NCBI GenBank assembly: GCA_051251915.1
Contig: JBPOGF010000001.1
Coordinates: 256,001 to 320,000 of the forward strand
Source: Akkermansiaceae bacterium
GTDB lineage: Bacteria > Verrucomicrobiota > Verrucomicrobiia > Verrucomicrobiales > Akkermansiaceae
Length of the DNA: 64,000 bases
Direction of reading: 5' to 3'
Shown here: piece after piece, positions 39,893 to 49,902 of the stretch
Numbering within the stretch: the first letter of the stretch is position 1
Layout of the letters: each line of letters begins with the position of its first letter
Made by a program: the position numbers and the translations under genes
The notes under the pieces: model-generated
Database searches by the model: none
Told to the model about the DNA's origin: nothing
Seen by the model: only the letters and a program-made list of their open reading frames with translations

Positions 39893-40918
39893 ATGGGTGA
39901 TATAAAGATAGATAAGTTAAAAGCGGAGCTGCTGGCGGAAGAGTTCCCGCATTTACAGATTCAATATTTAATCAGTAAGGGTGAGACGGGGGAGATGTAT
40001 TGTGCGATTCAGTCTAAAACAGGACGGGATGTAGCACTGAAGGTATTACCTATTGAGTATAATGATGATGAGGATAGGAAGAGGAGGTTTCAGCGTGAGG
40101 CTCAGGCGCTATCGCAGCTATCACATCCTAACTTGGTGAAGCTTTATGATTACGGTGAGAATGAGTATTTTTCGTGGATGATTCTGGAGTGGATTGAGGG
40201 GAGGTCACTTTATAAAGTGAATATACAAAATGGGTTACAGGTGAATGATGCGCTGGCATTGGTTTGTAAAGTCTGCGCAGTGCTATCCCATGCTCATGAT
40301 CATGGGATAGTGCATCGTGATGTGAAGCCGGCACATATCTTGATTAATGAGAATGGGGAGGTGAAGCTAAGTAATTTCGGTTTATCTCGTGAGACTATGG
40401 GAGCCTCAAACAGCTTGGTGAGTGCCTCTGGTGATAAGTTTGGAACGGCTGAGTATTCTGCACCTGAGTTCTGGGCGAATGGGGCGTTGATCGATCATCG
40501 TGCAGATATTTTCTCACTGGGGGTGTTGCTTTATGAGGTTCTGACTGGAGCGCGTCCGGCTGGGGTATTCAGGATGCCATCTGAGATTAAGCCTGATTTG
40601 GATCCTAGGTTGGATGAGGTGATCGTGAGGGCGATGCAGGAATTACCTGATCATAGGTTCCAAAGTTGTGAGGCATTCATGGAGGCAATCCAAGATGTGA
40701 TCGATGTGCCTTATGAGGAGAAGAGGTTTGCGATGGAGCCTACGGCTCAAGCTGAAGAGGAGGGGGAGGTAACTGTCTCCCACGTATTTGATGCTGCTGA
40801 TGATGAGGAGTCAGCTCCTGAGGAGGATAAAAAGGAACGTTTGCTATTGGTGGATATAGCAATGATCGTCTTGGTGGTGGTGCTATTGATCTTGTTGGTG
40901 GTTAAGATGACTAGCTAA
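39893..40918 (+). CDS. Ser/Thr protein kinase-like protein with degenerate catalytic motifs and C-terminal TM
   Basis: VALKVL, HRDVKPAH, NFG in place of DFG, YSAPE, DIFSLGV. Confidence 0.88.
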   Translation: MGDIKIDKLKAELLAEEFPHLQIQYLISKGETGEMYCAIQSKTGRDVALKVLPIEYNDDEDRKRRFQREAQALSQLSHPNLVKLYDYGENEYFSWMILEWIEGRSLYKVNIQNGLQVNDALALVCKVCAVLSHAHDHGIVHRDVKPAHILINENGEVKLSNFGLSRETMGASNSLVSASGDKFGTAEYSAPEFWANGALIDHRADIFSLGVLLYEVLTGARPAGVFRMPSEIKPDLDPRLDEVIVRAMQELPDHRFQSCEAFMEAIQDVIDVPYEEKRFAMEPTAQAEEEGEVTVSHVFDAADDEESAPEEDKKERLLLVDIAMIVLVVVLLILLVVKMTS

Positions 40919-40935
40919 TGTTAGACGTAGATTAG

Positions 40936-42015
40936 TTAGAACAGATCGAGGTCTTCTGCACTTGGAGTGTTGGTTTGGAGCATTTCTGGGGTGATGTGAG
41001 CGAGTGGTTTGACGAGATTTGCGGGGAGTGGGAATTGTTTTTCTAAGATGTCTGGAGCTAGCTCGGGGGCGGTTTGGTAGGCTTGCTTCATCATTTCGAA
41101 TTTGGCGTCGATGTTATCGATATGATGTAAGATCTGAGCTTCTGGTGTGCGCGGGAGTGTGGGGGAGCCGAACTCGTAGGTTCCGTGGTGGGAGGCGATG
41201 AGGTGTAGGAGATGGATTCTGACGTCTTCGTTGCTGGGGGTAAGTTTTTGCCAGGCTTCTGAGGTTTCGACGCATTGGGTGATCATTTGGTCCCAGAGTT
41301 TATCCGCTAGGCTGATTCCGAGTGGGATGTGGCCTAACATTTCTCCTTGGATGTCGTATGGCTGGGTGAATCCTCGCTCGGGGTAGGAGTTTTCCCAGAG
41401 TTTGCCTGAGTCATGGAAGAGGACGCCGGCGATGAGTAGGTCTTGATTGAGTTCTGGGTAGACTCCGGAGAGAGCTACGGCTGAGCGCATCATTTGGGCG
41501 ACGTGTTCGAGCATTCCGCCACGGCGGGCGTGGTGGTTCTTGCGGGCGGCAGCGGTGCGGCGGAATTTGTCTCCATGTTGGTCTATAAACATGGCGCAGA
41601 GTTGGTTGAGCCTTGGGTCGTTGATACTGGAGGTAAGTTTTACGATGTCGTTCCAATCACGGGTCTGGATCTTGCTTGTGGCAGGATCACCGATGAGGAA
41701 GTTTTGGATTTCTCCTTCGTGGAGGAGTCGGAACTGCCAGCGGTTGGCATCGATTCCATATTGGTTTTGGATCCAGTCGCCTTCTAGTCTGATGAAGGAT
41801 TCTAGCTCGATGGACTGGATGGTGGAGAACTGTGGGAGGTTTTCCCAGATTTTGAGAGAGAACTGATCAATGGCATCAGTGAGGGTGATCTGGAGGTAAG
41901 GTTTGCCAGATTTAGTGGTCTTGGTGACGCATTTCTGTAGCTGGGTGTCAACGGTGGCAGTGGTGGGATCCTCGCCGGTGTTCTGCTTGAGTTGGGAGAT
42001 GGTGAAGTGCGGCAT
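40936..42015 (-). CDS. OB-fold + HD domain 3'-5' exoribonuclease (YhaM/Cbf1 family)
   Basis: TKSGKPYL..TLTD, AAARKNHHA..GGMLEH, HDSGK, ASHHG..EFGSP, HHIDNIDAK. Confidence 0.9.
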   Translation of the reverse strand: MPHFTISQLKQNTGEDPTTATVDTQLQKCVTKTTKSGKPYLQITLTDAIDQFSLKIWENLPQFSTIQSIELESFIRLEGDWIQNQYGIDANRWQFRLLHEGEIQNFLIGDPATSKIQTRDWNDIVKLTSSINDPRLNQLCAMFIDQHGDKFRRTAAARKNHHARRGGMLEHVAQMMRSAVALSGVYPELNQDLLIAGVLFHDSGKLWENSYPERGFTQPYDIQGEMLGHIPLGISLADKLWDQMITQCVETSEAWQKLTPSNEDVRIHLLHLIASHHGTYEFGSPTLPRTPEAQILHHIDNIDAKFEMMKQAYQTAPELAPDILEKQFPLPANLVKPLAHITPEMLQTNTPSAEDLDLF

Positions 42016-42094
42016 GATGTAGAGATTGCTTAAGTCAATCTAGTTATTTAGCCTAGGGCTAGATGAATGGTAGGTTTTAGATAAGCTTATGGGC

Positions 42095-42898
42095 TTATGG
42101 GATGACGATGATTTCATCACCTACTTGGACGTCGACTGGGCCACCGAAGAATGACTCTGCGATGGGGTCTGCGTAGCCTAGCTGAGCACTTTCAATGTTC
42201 CCTAGCTTAACACGACCGATGATGCCACCGGCTTCGCCTCTGCGGATACCTAGGATCTGACCAGTGATGAGATTTTGCGCTCTTTCGAGGTCGAGGACGA
42301 CGATGCCGCTTTCTGGGTCATAAATTTGTACTCTGGCCATGACGAGAGCTTGAGCGATCTCTGCTGCTCTGGCTTCTTCTGGTTGTTTCTGAGCAAGGAG
42401 TTCACTTTGGATTGCACCAGCTTCTTCGTGGAGCATGTTGTTCTCCGCTTCTTGTTGAGATTGTTGTTTCTTGAGTTTGGCGTTTTCGGCTTCGAGAGCT
42501 TCGATTTTAGCTATATCTTCTTCTGATGGGGTGGACTCAGCAATGGTGGCTGGTGGTGGAGTAAGGCTAGGGCTAGGGCTAGGAGCTGTGACAGCAGGAG
42601 CTAGAGGGTTTACGAAAGCTGCGGGTTGGGTAGGTGTGGGTGCAGGTGCAGGAATAGTGGTGTTAGGGGGAGCTGGTAGAGTAGAGGCTGAGTAGGGAGT
42701 TTCGTACTGTCCGTAGGCTACGGGGTTAGCAGCTGCGCGCTCACGCTTGAGGCTATTTTCCAGTCTGACTCTTTCGAGTTCCTCTTTGAGTTCGCTAATG
42801 GATTTTTCATTCGGGTTGCCTTTGGTGGAGTAGGAGTGCACCAGGGCGGCGATGAGGAGCGCGAAAGTGGCGCAGATGAGTATTCTCACAGTGTTCAT
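42095..42898 (-). CDS. Hypothetical protein (N-terminal anchor, Pro-rich linker, coiled coil)
   Basis: 267-aa ORF; call is from composition only. Confidence 0.7.
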   Translation of the reverse strand: MNTVRILICATFALLIAALVHSYSTKGNPNEKSISELKEELERVRLENSLKRERAAANPVAYGQYETPYSASTLPAPPNTTIPAPAPTPTQPAAFVNPLAPAVTAPSPSPSLTPPPATIAESTPSEEDIAKIEALEAENAKLKKQQSQQEAENNMLHEEAGAIQSELLAQKQPEEARAAEIAQALVMARVQIYDPESGIVVLDLERAQNLITGQILGIRRGEAGGIIGRVKLGNIESAQLGYADPIAESFFGGPVDVQVGDEIIVIP

Positions 42899-43008
42899 GG
42901 CAACAGCTTGTGTTTTTTTTTGCTAATACGGAAGGTAAAAATGGTAAAAATGCGCAGATTTTACAATCAGACTTGAGCCAGAGCGAGGATTAGCTCAGAG
43001 TAGGCGGC

Positions 43009-43854
43009 GTGAGCATGAAGGTTTCAGTTTTGGGTAGTGGAAGTGGTGGAAATGCTACGGTGATTTCGTGTACGAGTGGTATCTATCTGATTGATGTGGG
43101 GCTTAGTGCGAAGCAGGTGGTTCTTAGGCTGGAGCAACGGGGGGTAGATCCGGATTCGCTGACGGGGATATTTCTTACTCATGAGCATAGTGACCATGCG
43201 CGGGGGCTGGATGTATTTCTGCGCAATAGGGATATTCCTGTTTATGCAAATGCGCTGACTAAAGAGGCGCTGGAGTATGGAATGAAGAGTGAGATTCGGT
43301 GGAAGGTGTTTCAGACTGGGCAGTTGTTTGAGCTAAGTGGGATATCTGTGACGGCATTTCCGATCCCGCATGATGCCGCTGAGCCGGTGGGGTTTGTGCT
43401 GGAGAGTGAGACTGCGCGGTTTGGTTTGGTGACTGATGTGGGTTATATTACTCAGTCGATGCGAGTTCATCTGAGAGGTTCTGATGCGTTATTCATAGAG
43501 GCTAATTATGATGAAGATTTACTAGAGGCAGACACGAAGAGGCCATGGGCTACTAAGCAGCGTATTGCTTCTAGGCATGGGCATTTATCAAATACTCAGG
43601 CGGGGGAATTTATTGCTGATATAGGGTGTGAGAAGTTGAGCTGTGTTTTACTAGGTCATCTGAGTAGTGACTGTAATAATGCGGCTATAGCGACTGAAAC
43701 CGTTAGTCCTCTTATTGCTGCGTTGCAAGTATCTGATCTCATATGTGCAGATCAGCATCAGCCGACTGAGTGGTTGGAGTTTGGTTCATTACCTAGTAAG
43801 AAGGATGTGTTGGCGGCATTGAGTGGTGATTTGAGTCAGGCTGATTTATTTTAG
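43009..43854 (+). CDS. MBL-fold metallo-hydrolase (YycJ/WalJ-like)
   Basis: LGSGSGGN, THEHSDH, PHDAAEP, EANYD, GHLSN, GHLS..CN. Confidence 0.92.
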   Translation: MSMKVSVLGSGSGGNATVISCTSGIYLIDVGLSAKQVVLRLEQRGVDPDSLTGIFLTHEHSDHARGLDVFLRNRDIPVYANALTKEALEYGMKSEIRWKVFQTGQLFELSGISVTAFPIPHDAAEPVGFVLESETARFGLVTDVGYITQSMRVHLRGSDALFIEANYDEDLLEADTKRPWATKQRIASRHGHLSNTQAGEFIADIGCEKLSCVLLGHLSSDCNNAAIATETVSPLIAALQVSDLICADQHQPTEWLEFGSLPSKKDVLAALSGDLSQADLF

Positions 43855-43915
43855 CTGTGGTTTTTGTTGTTTTTAAATCCGTTGTTAAATGGAGATAATG
43901 GTGTAGCTTTATGGT

Positions 43916-44452
43916 ATGAAATTCAAATTATTGTCGATCATAGCTTCTAGTCTAGGCTTACTCAGTTTATCTTCCTGTGTGGATCCTAATGTTGGTCTGG
44001 CTTCGTATTCTACTACAGCAAGCATTGGTGTGCTACCGACTGGATATAGCACTGTGTATGTGGGAGGTAGTCCTTATTATTATTCTAGAAACTATTGGTA
44101 CACACGGAACAATGGTAGATATTATAGGAGTAATCCTCCTAGGGGATATAGTAAATATGGGTATGCCAATCGTTATCGTGGATCTAGCTACGTTTCGAAC
44201 CAGCATAGTCGCTATGTGCATTCTAGCAGTTATCATCGCGATAATAAGCATTCGAATCACGCGAATCATTCTAATTACACGCGTTCTAACAGCCACGACA
44301 GGAGTAATAGAGCTAAGCCTAATTACTCGAACCGCTCTAGTTCTTCAAATCGCAATAGTGGCTTTAATAGGCCTGTTAGTAGTAGTCGCTCCAGTAGTCC
44401 TGCTAGATCCAGTGTGTATAGAGGGAGCTTGAAGCGTGCTGCGCGAAACTAA
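43916..44452 (+). CDS. Putative lipoprotein with Y/S/N/R-rich low-complexity tail
   Basis: Lipobox LSSC; LPTGYSTVYVGGSPYYY; disordered tail. Confidence 0.7.
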   Translation: MKFKLLSIIASSLGLLSLSSCVDPNVGLASYSTTASIGVLPTGYSTVYVGGSPYYYSRNYWYTRNNGRYYRSNPPRGYSKYGYANRYRGSSYVSNQHSRYVHSSSYHRDNKHSNHANHSNYTRSNSHDRSNRAKPNYSNRSSSSNRNSGFNRPVSSSRSSSPARSSVYRGSLKRAARN

Positions 44453-45342
44453 GAATCTGCGGTTAGCTGAATCATTGTTTGCTTATTTTTGGCTCGTTTA
44501 ACGAAGATGGGGTTGAGTAGATTAGCGAGTACGATGGCTCCTGCCCCGATGAAGAATAGGGGGTGTAGCTTTTCGTGTTCACGGAAAATGAGTGCGGCTA
44601 GGATGATGCCGTAGACGGGTTCGAAATTGATAGCTAGTGTGGATTCGTAGGCGCTGAATGACTTGAGCAGTGTTACGTAGACTGAGAAGGCGTAGACGGT
44701 GCAGACTAACGCTAGAATGGCTAACCAAAGCCAGTCTAGACCGATAGGGATGAAGTGCGTGAACTCTGCGCGGATTACTAGGCTAACTAGTGCGCAGGCG
44801 AGCATGGAACCGAGCATTTCATAGAAGGTGATGACTTCTGGCTCGGCGCCATTTCTGACCATTGTTTTATTGAGCACGGGGAAGATGGCGGAGAATAATG
44901 CTGAGAGGATTCCGCATAGGAGGCCTAGCAGATGTCCGCTTTCTACACCAGCTACCAGGATGATACCGGGGATGACGAGTAGGCTGAGTAAGATCTCATG
45001 TTTGTGAGGGAGGCGCTTTTCTTGGATGGCTTCAGTGGCGGCGGTGAAGAATGAGGCGGTAGCCATGCCGGTGAGGCAGATGGAAATATTCGCTAAGTTT
45101 ACTGCTCCGAAAAATGTGATCCAGTGTGCGCCTAGGATGAGGCCGGTGAATAGAGCTAGGCGCTTGAATGGGAAGTGGACGACTTTTTGTCTGAGCCAGA
45201 TTCCTAGGATTAGTGCTGCGATACCGGTTCGCCAGATGACGAGGGAGTGAGCTGGTAGACTGATGAGTTCACCAAGCACCGCTGTGAATGCGGCGATGAC
45301 TACGATTAGGTGTAGCTTGAAGTAAGGTTTTTTGTCGGCCAT
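44449..45342 (-). CDS. EamA/DMT family transporter
   Basis: LHLIVVIAAFTAVLGELI, HWITFFGA, NFEPVYGI; about 10 TM segments. Confidence 0.9.
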   Translation of the reverse strand: MADKKPYFKLHLIVVIAAFTAVLGELISLPAHSLVIWRTGIAALILGIWLRQKVVHFPFKRLALFTGLILGAHWITFFGAVNLANISICLTGMATASFFTAATEAIQEKRLPHKHEILLSLLVIPGIILVAGVESGHLLGLLCGILSALFSAIFPVLNKTMVRNGAEPEVITFYEMLGSMLACALVSLVIRAEFTHFIPIGLDWLWLAILALVCTVYAFSVYVTLLKSFSAYESTLAINFEPVYGIILAALIFREHEKLHPLFFIGAGAIVLANLLNPIFVKRAKNKQTMIQLTADS

Positions 45343-45369
45343 CCACTTTATTGAAATGACTACAGGCAA

Positions 45370-46317
45370 TTACAAGCGATTGTAATCCATGGAGTAGATT
45401 TGCTCTCCCTCGCGGAGGTCACCGTTCTCATAGCCTTGCATGAACCAACGCGCACGTTGCTCAGAAGTTCCATGGGTGAAGTGATCTCTGTTTACGCGTT
45501 GGCCGGCTCGCTTCTGTAGCATGTCATCGCCAATTGCTTTGGCGCAGGCCATGGCGCTTTGGATATCTGCTCGGTCGAGTGAGTTGAATTCTTTATCGTC
45601 GTAATGAGCGAAGACTCCGGCGAGGAAATCTGCATGGAGCTCTAGTCTAACTGATTCTCGGTTGTATTCTAATTTAGAAATTTTCCCGTGTTTGCTGTGT
45701 AGGGCGGTAGTTCTTCCAAGGATGTGCTGGATGTGGTGACCATATTCATGTGCAACGACGTAGGCTCTGGCGAATTCTCCTTTGATGCCGAAGTCATCTC
45801 TCATTTGCTCGAAGAATGTGGGGTCTATGTAGATGCGCTGTTCAGCTGGGAGGTAGAATGGCCCCATGCGAGCGTCAGCAACGCTGCCGTCATCCATTTT
45901 AGTGCCGATGCTGTAGATCGCCATTTTCGCTGGGGTGAAGCGGATGTCGTGCTCTGCGAGTTTTTTCGCCCAGAAGCGTTCGTTCATGCCTGTGACTTTA
46001 CTGAGGAAGTCTCCGTATTCGTCATCTGGGGCAGGTTGTCTTGATGTGGTTTGCTCGGTTTGTGCGTTTGACCCTAGAGTAGATTGACCAGCTCCGAACA
46101 GCGATAGAGGGTTAAATTTAAACACGACCATGGCGACGACTAGACCGGCAATTAGCATAAGCTTGGTCTTGCCACTGCCGCGTGAGAATAATGAGAAAAG
46201 GATTTTTCCTATTCCTAGACCACCAGCTAGGCCCATACCTCTGCTGGATCCGCTAGGGACTGATTCTCCTCGGCGGTCTTCTACGTGTTTACTTCCTTTT
46301 CGATCTTTCCAGCGCAT
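45370..46317 (-). CDS. Neutral zinc metallopeptidase (YpfJ-like)
   Basis: MRW...VEDRRG, GPFY.P, AYVVAHEYGHHIQ, SVRLELHAD, FTHGTSEQR. Confidence 0.93.
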   Translation of the reverse strand: MRWKDRKGSKHVEDRRGESVPSGSSRGMGLAGGLGIGKILFSLFSRGSGKTKLMLIAGLVVAMVVFKFNPLSLFGAGQSTLGSNAQTEQTTSRQPAPDDEYGDFLSKVTGMNERFWAKKLAEHDIRFTPAKMAIYSIGTKMDDGSVADARMGPFYLPAEQRIYIDPTFFEQMRDDFGIKGEFARAYVVAHEYGHHIQHILGRTTALHSKHGKISKLEYNRESVRLELHADFLAGVFAHYDDKEFNSLDRADIQSAMACAKAIGDDMLQKRAGQRVNRDHFTHGTSEQRARWFMQGYENGDLREGEQIYSMDYNRL

Positions 46318-46443
46318 TATTTTAAATTGGTTATGATGATGACTCTAGAGGATAGATTCGCATTATCAAAGTGCGCAATGTAAATTTTTCAACTTTTGTG
46401 CCCGATAGTTGCCAAATGGAGACAAGTAGTGCAGTCTCGAACT

Positions 46444-46974
46444 ATGTCAGAAGATCAGCATTCTCCAGAATCTCTAGAAAAAGAAAAGCTAGAAAAAGAA
46501 GATCAGCCAGTGAAATCCGACACTTCAGCAGCGGTGACGAAGTTGTTGTTGTTATTGGCGATTGTGTTTGCGCTGACTAAGTGGGGGCTTCCTTTGATGA
46601 ATGGAATGGTGGACGAGTTTAGAAAAACTCAGGAAGTAGATAATTCTGAAGTAAAGGATGAAAAACTTAGCTCTGATGATGGTGAAACGGCACAATCAGA
46701 AATAGCTGGGCCTACAGATGAAGAGAAACTCGAGTCAGCGATAGAGAACGAGATTAACTTATGGATAAAGAAGTCATCGCCTGAGTCCTCAGGAGAGGTG
46801 AAATTTATTAATGCGAATAATGATCATAGTAGACTGGCGGTGGAGTATCTGGAAACTAAGGCAGACGGCGAATCTGAATCTAAGGAGCTGCTATTTACTA
46901 AAGATGAGTTTGGTATTTATATTTTTGTAGATGGAGCTGGTGTTCGCCAAATCCGAGTGCGCCAGCCTAAATGA
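46444..46974 (+). CDS. Hypothetical single-TM protein
   Basis: Acidic ORF with one TM segment; ATG at 46444. Confidence 0.65.
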   Translation: MSEDQHSPESLEKEKLEKEDQPVKSDTSAAVTKLLLLLAIVFALTKWGLPLMNGMVDEFRKTQEVDNSEVKDEKLSSDDGETAQSEIAGPTDEEKLESAIENEINLWIKKSSPESSGEVKFINANNDHSRLAVEYLETKADGESESKELLFTKDEFGIYIFVDGAGVRQIRVRQPK

Positions 46975-46980
46975 TATACT

Positions 46981-47874
46981 ATGATGAGCATTGAACGATT
47001 GATCGATTCTTTTATCCTTTATCTTGCTACTGAGAGAGGGTTGTCGTCATCGTACCAGCTTTCTGTTAGGCAGACATTGGAGAAGCTTAGTGGGTGGATG
47101 GAGCTGAAAAATCTTACCCCTAATGATGTGGGGACTGAGGAGTTAGCTGATTTTCTTGCTGTTAGGAAGAAGGAGGGGCTTGCGGCTTCTTCGTTACGGA
47201 TCACTGTGGTGCATTTGAAGGTGTTCTGGCGGTTTATCTCAGGGAGGAACTATGTGACGGTGGATGTGGCTGAGCCGCTTATCGCGCCGAAGCCGAATGC
47301 TACATTGCCTGACTCAGTGCATGAGACTTCGATTAAGGCATTGTTAGATGGGATTGATACGATGAAATTCCTTGGGAAGCGAGATCGGGCGATTTTGGAG
47401 TTGTTCTATGCGTCTGGGTTACGGTTGTCTGAGGTGTGTGGTGCTAGGTTGGAGAATTTGGATTCTGAGGACGGGTTTATACGGGTGACGGGGAAGGGGA
47501 ATAAGACGCGGATTGTTCCTGTGGGGGTGCAGGCTAGAGATGCTGTTGAGCGGTATGTTAAACTTGAGCGGCCTGAGCTGGTGAAGGCTAAGACATCTTC
47601 GCATATTTTTCTTTCTGTTAGAGGTGGGGCGCTGAGTCCGGAGCGGGTGCGGTCTATTGTGAAGCAGCGTGCTTTAGCTGCGGGGATAGACTCCAAGATT
47701 TATCCACATTTGTTACGGCATTCATTTGCTACACATTTATTGCAGAACGGGGCGGATTTACGGGTGATTCAAGAGATGCTGGGGCATGCGGATATTTCCA
47801 CTACGCAGATTTATACGCATGTGGATCAGAAGCATCTGAAGGCTACGCATAAGAAGTTTCATCCTAGGGGGTAG
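46981..47874 (+). CDS. xerD: Tyrosine recombinase XerD/XerC
   Basis: ERGLS, RDRAILELFYASGLRLSE, GKGNKTR, HLLRHSFATHLL, LGHADISTTQIY, HPRG. Confidence 0.9.
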   Translation: MMSIERLIDSFILYLATERGLSSSYQLSVRQTLEKLSGWMELKNLTPNDVGTEELADFLAVRKKEGLAASSLRITVVHLKVFWRFISGRNYVTVDVAEPLIAPKPNATLPDSVHETSIKALLDGIDTMKFLGKRDRAILELFYASGLRLSEVCGARLENLDSEDGFIRVTGKGNKTRIVPVGVQARDAVERYVKLERPELVKAKTSSHIFLSVRGGALSPERVRSIVKQRALAAGIDSKIYPHLLRHSFATHLLQNGADLRVIQEMLGHADISTTQIYTHVDQKHLKATHKKFHPRG

Positions 47875-47938
47875 GTGACGGTAGTGTAACGCTCGATGTG
47901 TGGTCTTATGTGATTGGTGGATATAGTTAATTCGCCGT

Positions 47939-49183
47939 ATGAATATAACAAATACTGAAGCCGGCGCTTTACATAGTGCTGAGGAAACAAGTTCAGGATC
48001 AAGCTATCTTAAGTGGTTGTTTGTTGTTGTGCTTGTTTATGGACTGCTTCTTGCAGTTGGGACTATTGGCTCAGGCTTTAAGCTTGCGGCTGGTGATCAA
48101 GCGAAAGAACTGTTTGCTCTTGCTAGTAACCCGTTCGCGGGACTTGTGATAGGTACAGTGGCTACTGCTTTGATTCAGTCTTCTTCTACAGTGACTTCGA
48201 TCATTGTGGCGTTGGTGGCAGGTGGACTACCTGTTGGTGTTGCGATTCCTATGGTGATGGGGGCAAACATTGGGACGACGATTACTAATACTTTAGTTAG
48301 TCTTGGTCACGTTCGCGATGGTGTTGAGTTCCGTCGGGCCTTTGCTGCTGCAACTGTGCATGATTTCTTCAACTTGATTAGTGTGGTTATTTTCTTACCG
48401 CTGGAGATTATGTTTCACCCGTTGGAGAAGATATCTAAGGCTGTGATAGCGCCGATGCTAGGTGCTGGTAATATGTCATTGGACGGTTTGAACTTCATGA
48501 GCACGCTCACTAAGCCTCCTGTGAATATGGTGAAAGCGGCATTAAATTCTAGCTTTGGTTCTACCGCGGCAGGAATTATCATGGCGGTCGGTGGTGTTGT
48601 GGTGATCTTCTTTGTGATTACTTACATTGGTAAGCTTCTCCGTTCACTACTTGTGGGACGAGCGAAGAAGATTCTCCATGGAGCGATAGGCCGTGGGCCA
48701 TTGTCTGGGATTATGTCTGGGACGGTGGTAACGACGCTGGTGCAATCTAGTTCTACTACTACGAGCTTGGTGGTGCCACTCGTAGGCTCAGGAGTTTTCA
48801 CAGTGCGTCAGATCTATCCATTCTGTCTTGGAGCGAACATTGGAACATGTATTACTGCGTTACTAGCTGCTACTGCAATAAGTGGTGCAGGTGCGGCCTT
48901 TGCGATGCAAATAGCGGTTGTTCATATGGTATATAACTTACTTGGAGTGGTCATCATTTTTGGAATTCCGTTCCTCAGAGAATTGCCTCTTATTGCGGCT
49001 GATTGGCTTGCTAAGATTGCATCTGAAAAGAAAATCTATGCACTTGTTTATGTTGTGGGTGTGTTCTTTGTGATACCAGGTGCATTGATTGCTATTAGTC
49101 ATGCTTTTGATAAAGGGAAAGCAGAGCAAACTCCAACTGTGACATCTGTGGTTGAAAGGGACGCGTCCGGTGAATTTAACTAG
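47939..49183 (+). CDS. Na+/phosphate symporter (NptA-like)
   Basis: Two QSSS repeats and GANIGT motifs; AATVHDFFN. Confidence 0.92.
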   Translation: MNITNTEAGALHSAEETSSGSSYLKWLFVVVLVYGLLLAVGTIGSGFKLAAGDQAKELFALASNPFAGLVIGTVATALIQSSSTVTSIIVALVAGGLPVGVAIPMVMGANIGTTITNTLVSLGHVRDGVEFRRAFAAATVHDFFNLISVVIFLPLEIMFHPLEKISKAVIAPMLGAGNMSLDGLNFMSTLTKPPVNMVKAALNSSFGSTAAGIIMAVGGVVVIFFVITYIGKLLRSLLVGRAKKILHGAIGRGPLSGIMSGTVVTTLVQSSSTTTSLVVPLVGSGVFTVRQIYPFCLGANIGTCITALLAATAISGAGAAFAMQIAVVHMVYNLLGVVIIFGIPFLRELPLIAADWLAKIASEKKIYALVYVVGVFFVIPGALIAISHAFDKGKAEQTPTVTSVVERDASGEFN

Positions 49184-49192
49184 TTAGAAAAT

Positions 49193-49408
49193 ATGATTAT
49201 GAACCAAACAAAACGCGAACGCCTAGAAACTGAATTGAGAGATCTTCGTCATCACGTGGCAGATCTTGAGCACAAGCTACAGTTAGCAATTGAGCAAGAT
49301 CAGCATCAAACGATTGATCATCTTGAAGAGCACATTAACGTTGTTGAAGATCGCTTTAAGGGACTGAAAAGTTTCATTAAGGCTCTCTTTGAGGATAATA
49401 AGAACTAG
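49193..49408 (+). CDS. Small coiled-coil hypothetical protein
   Basis: 71 aa, 9 nt after the symporter and before a terminator. Confidence 0.65.
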   Translation: MIMNQTKRERLETELRDLRHHVADLEHKLQLAIEQDQHQTIDHLEEHINVVEDRFKGLKSFIKALFEDNKN

Positions 49409-49436
49409 AGGCCTTATTTAAGATTAAATAGTAAAT

Positions 49437-49474
49437 AACCGTTGGAGGCGAGAGTGTCTTCAGCGGTTTTTTTT
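49437..49474 (+). terminator. Intrinsic terminator
   Basis: AACCGTTGGAGGC...GTCTTCAGCGGTT followed by a T run. Confidence 0.8.
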
Positions 49475-49512
49475 ATGGTGGCGAACTGTATGTTTTAGGC
49501 TACGCTTTTCTT

Positions 49513-49860
49513 ATGCAGGTATTAAAAGTGAAATATGTTCTTTGGGCTAAGGATTGGCAGCGTTGTTTGTATTTTTATAGGGATCTTTTTGGTGGGGAGG
49601 TGACGCTGGAGATGGAAGTTTGGAGTGAGGTGAAGGTGGAGAATGCTGTGATAGGGATTCATGGTGGAGGGGAGGGGAAACGGACTTGGACGGGGTTGAG
49701 TTTCCAGGTGGATGATCTGCGTGGGTATATAGCGAAGATGCAGGAGCTGGGTGGGGAGTTGACTGCGGAGCCGAATGATACGGAGGAGGATCCGCTGCAT
49801 TTGGCGATGTGTGTGGATCCGGATGGGAATGAGTTTATGATGACTTGTCCGAGGAATTAA
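49513..49860 (+). CDS. VOC family protein
   Basis: FYRDLFG, GLSFQVDDL, DPDGNEF. Confidence 0.88.
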   Translation: MQVLKVKYVLWAKDWQRCLYFYRDLFGGEVTLEMEVWSEVKVENAVIGIHGGGEGKRTWTGLSFQVDDLRGYIAKMQELGGELTAEPNDTEEDPLHLAMCVDPDGNEFMMTCPRN

Positions 49861-49902
49861 GAATTAAGAATTGGGAATTGGGAATTGGGAATTGGGAATT
49901 AG
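49854..49902. repeat. Heptamer tandem repeat GAATT(AA/GG/AG) x7
   Basis: GAATTAA x2, GAATTGG x4, GAATTAG; spans the gap between two convergent stop codons. Confidence 0.92.

Noticed and set aside
43977..44432. 151-aa hydrophobic alternative-frame ORF
   Set aside because: Frame shadow of the TAT/AGT/AAT-rich lipoprotein gene 43916-44452, which has a lipobox and a promoter-like element.
46981..47874. Tyrosine recombinase as a phage or island integrase
   Set aside because: Size and motifs (C-terminal HPRG) are those of housekeeping XerD/C; no att site, tRNA or mobile genes nearby.
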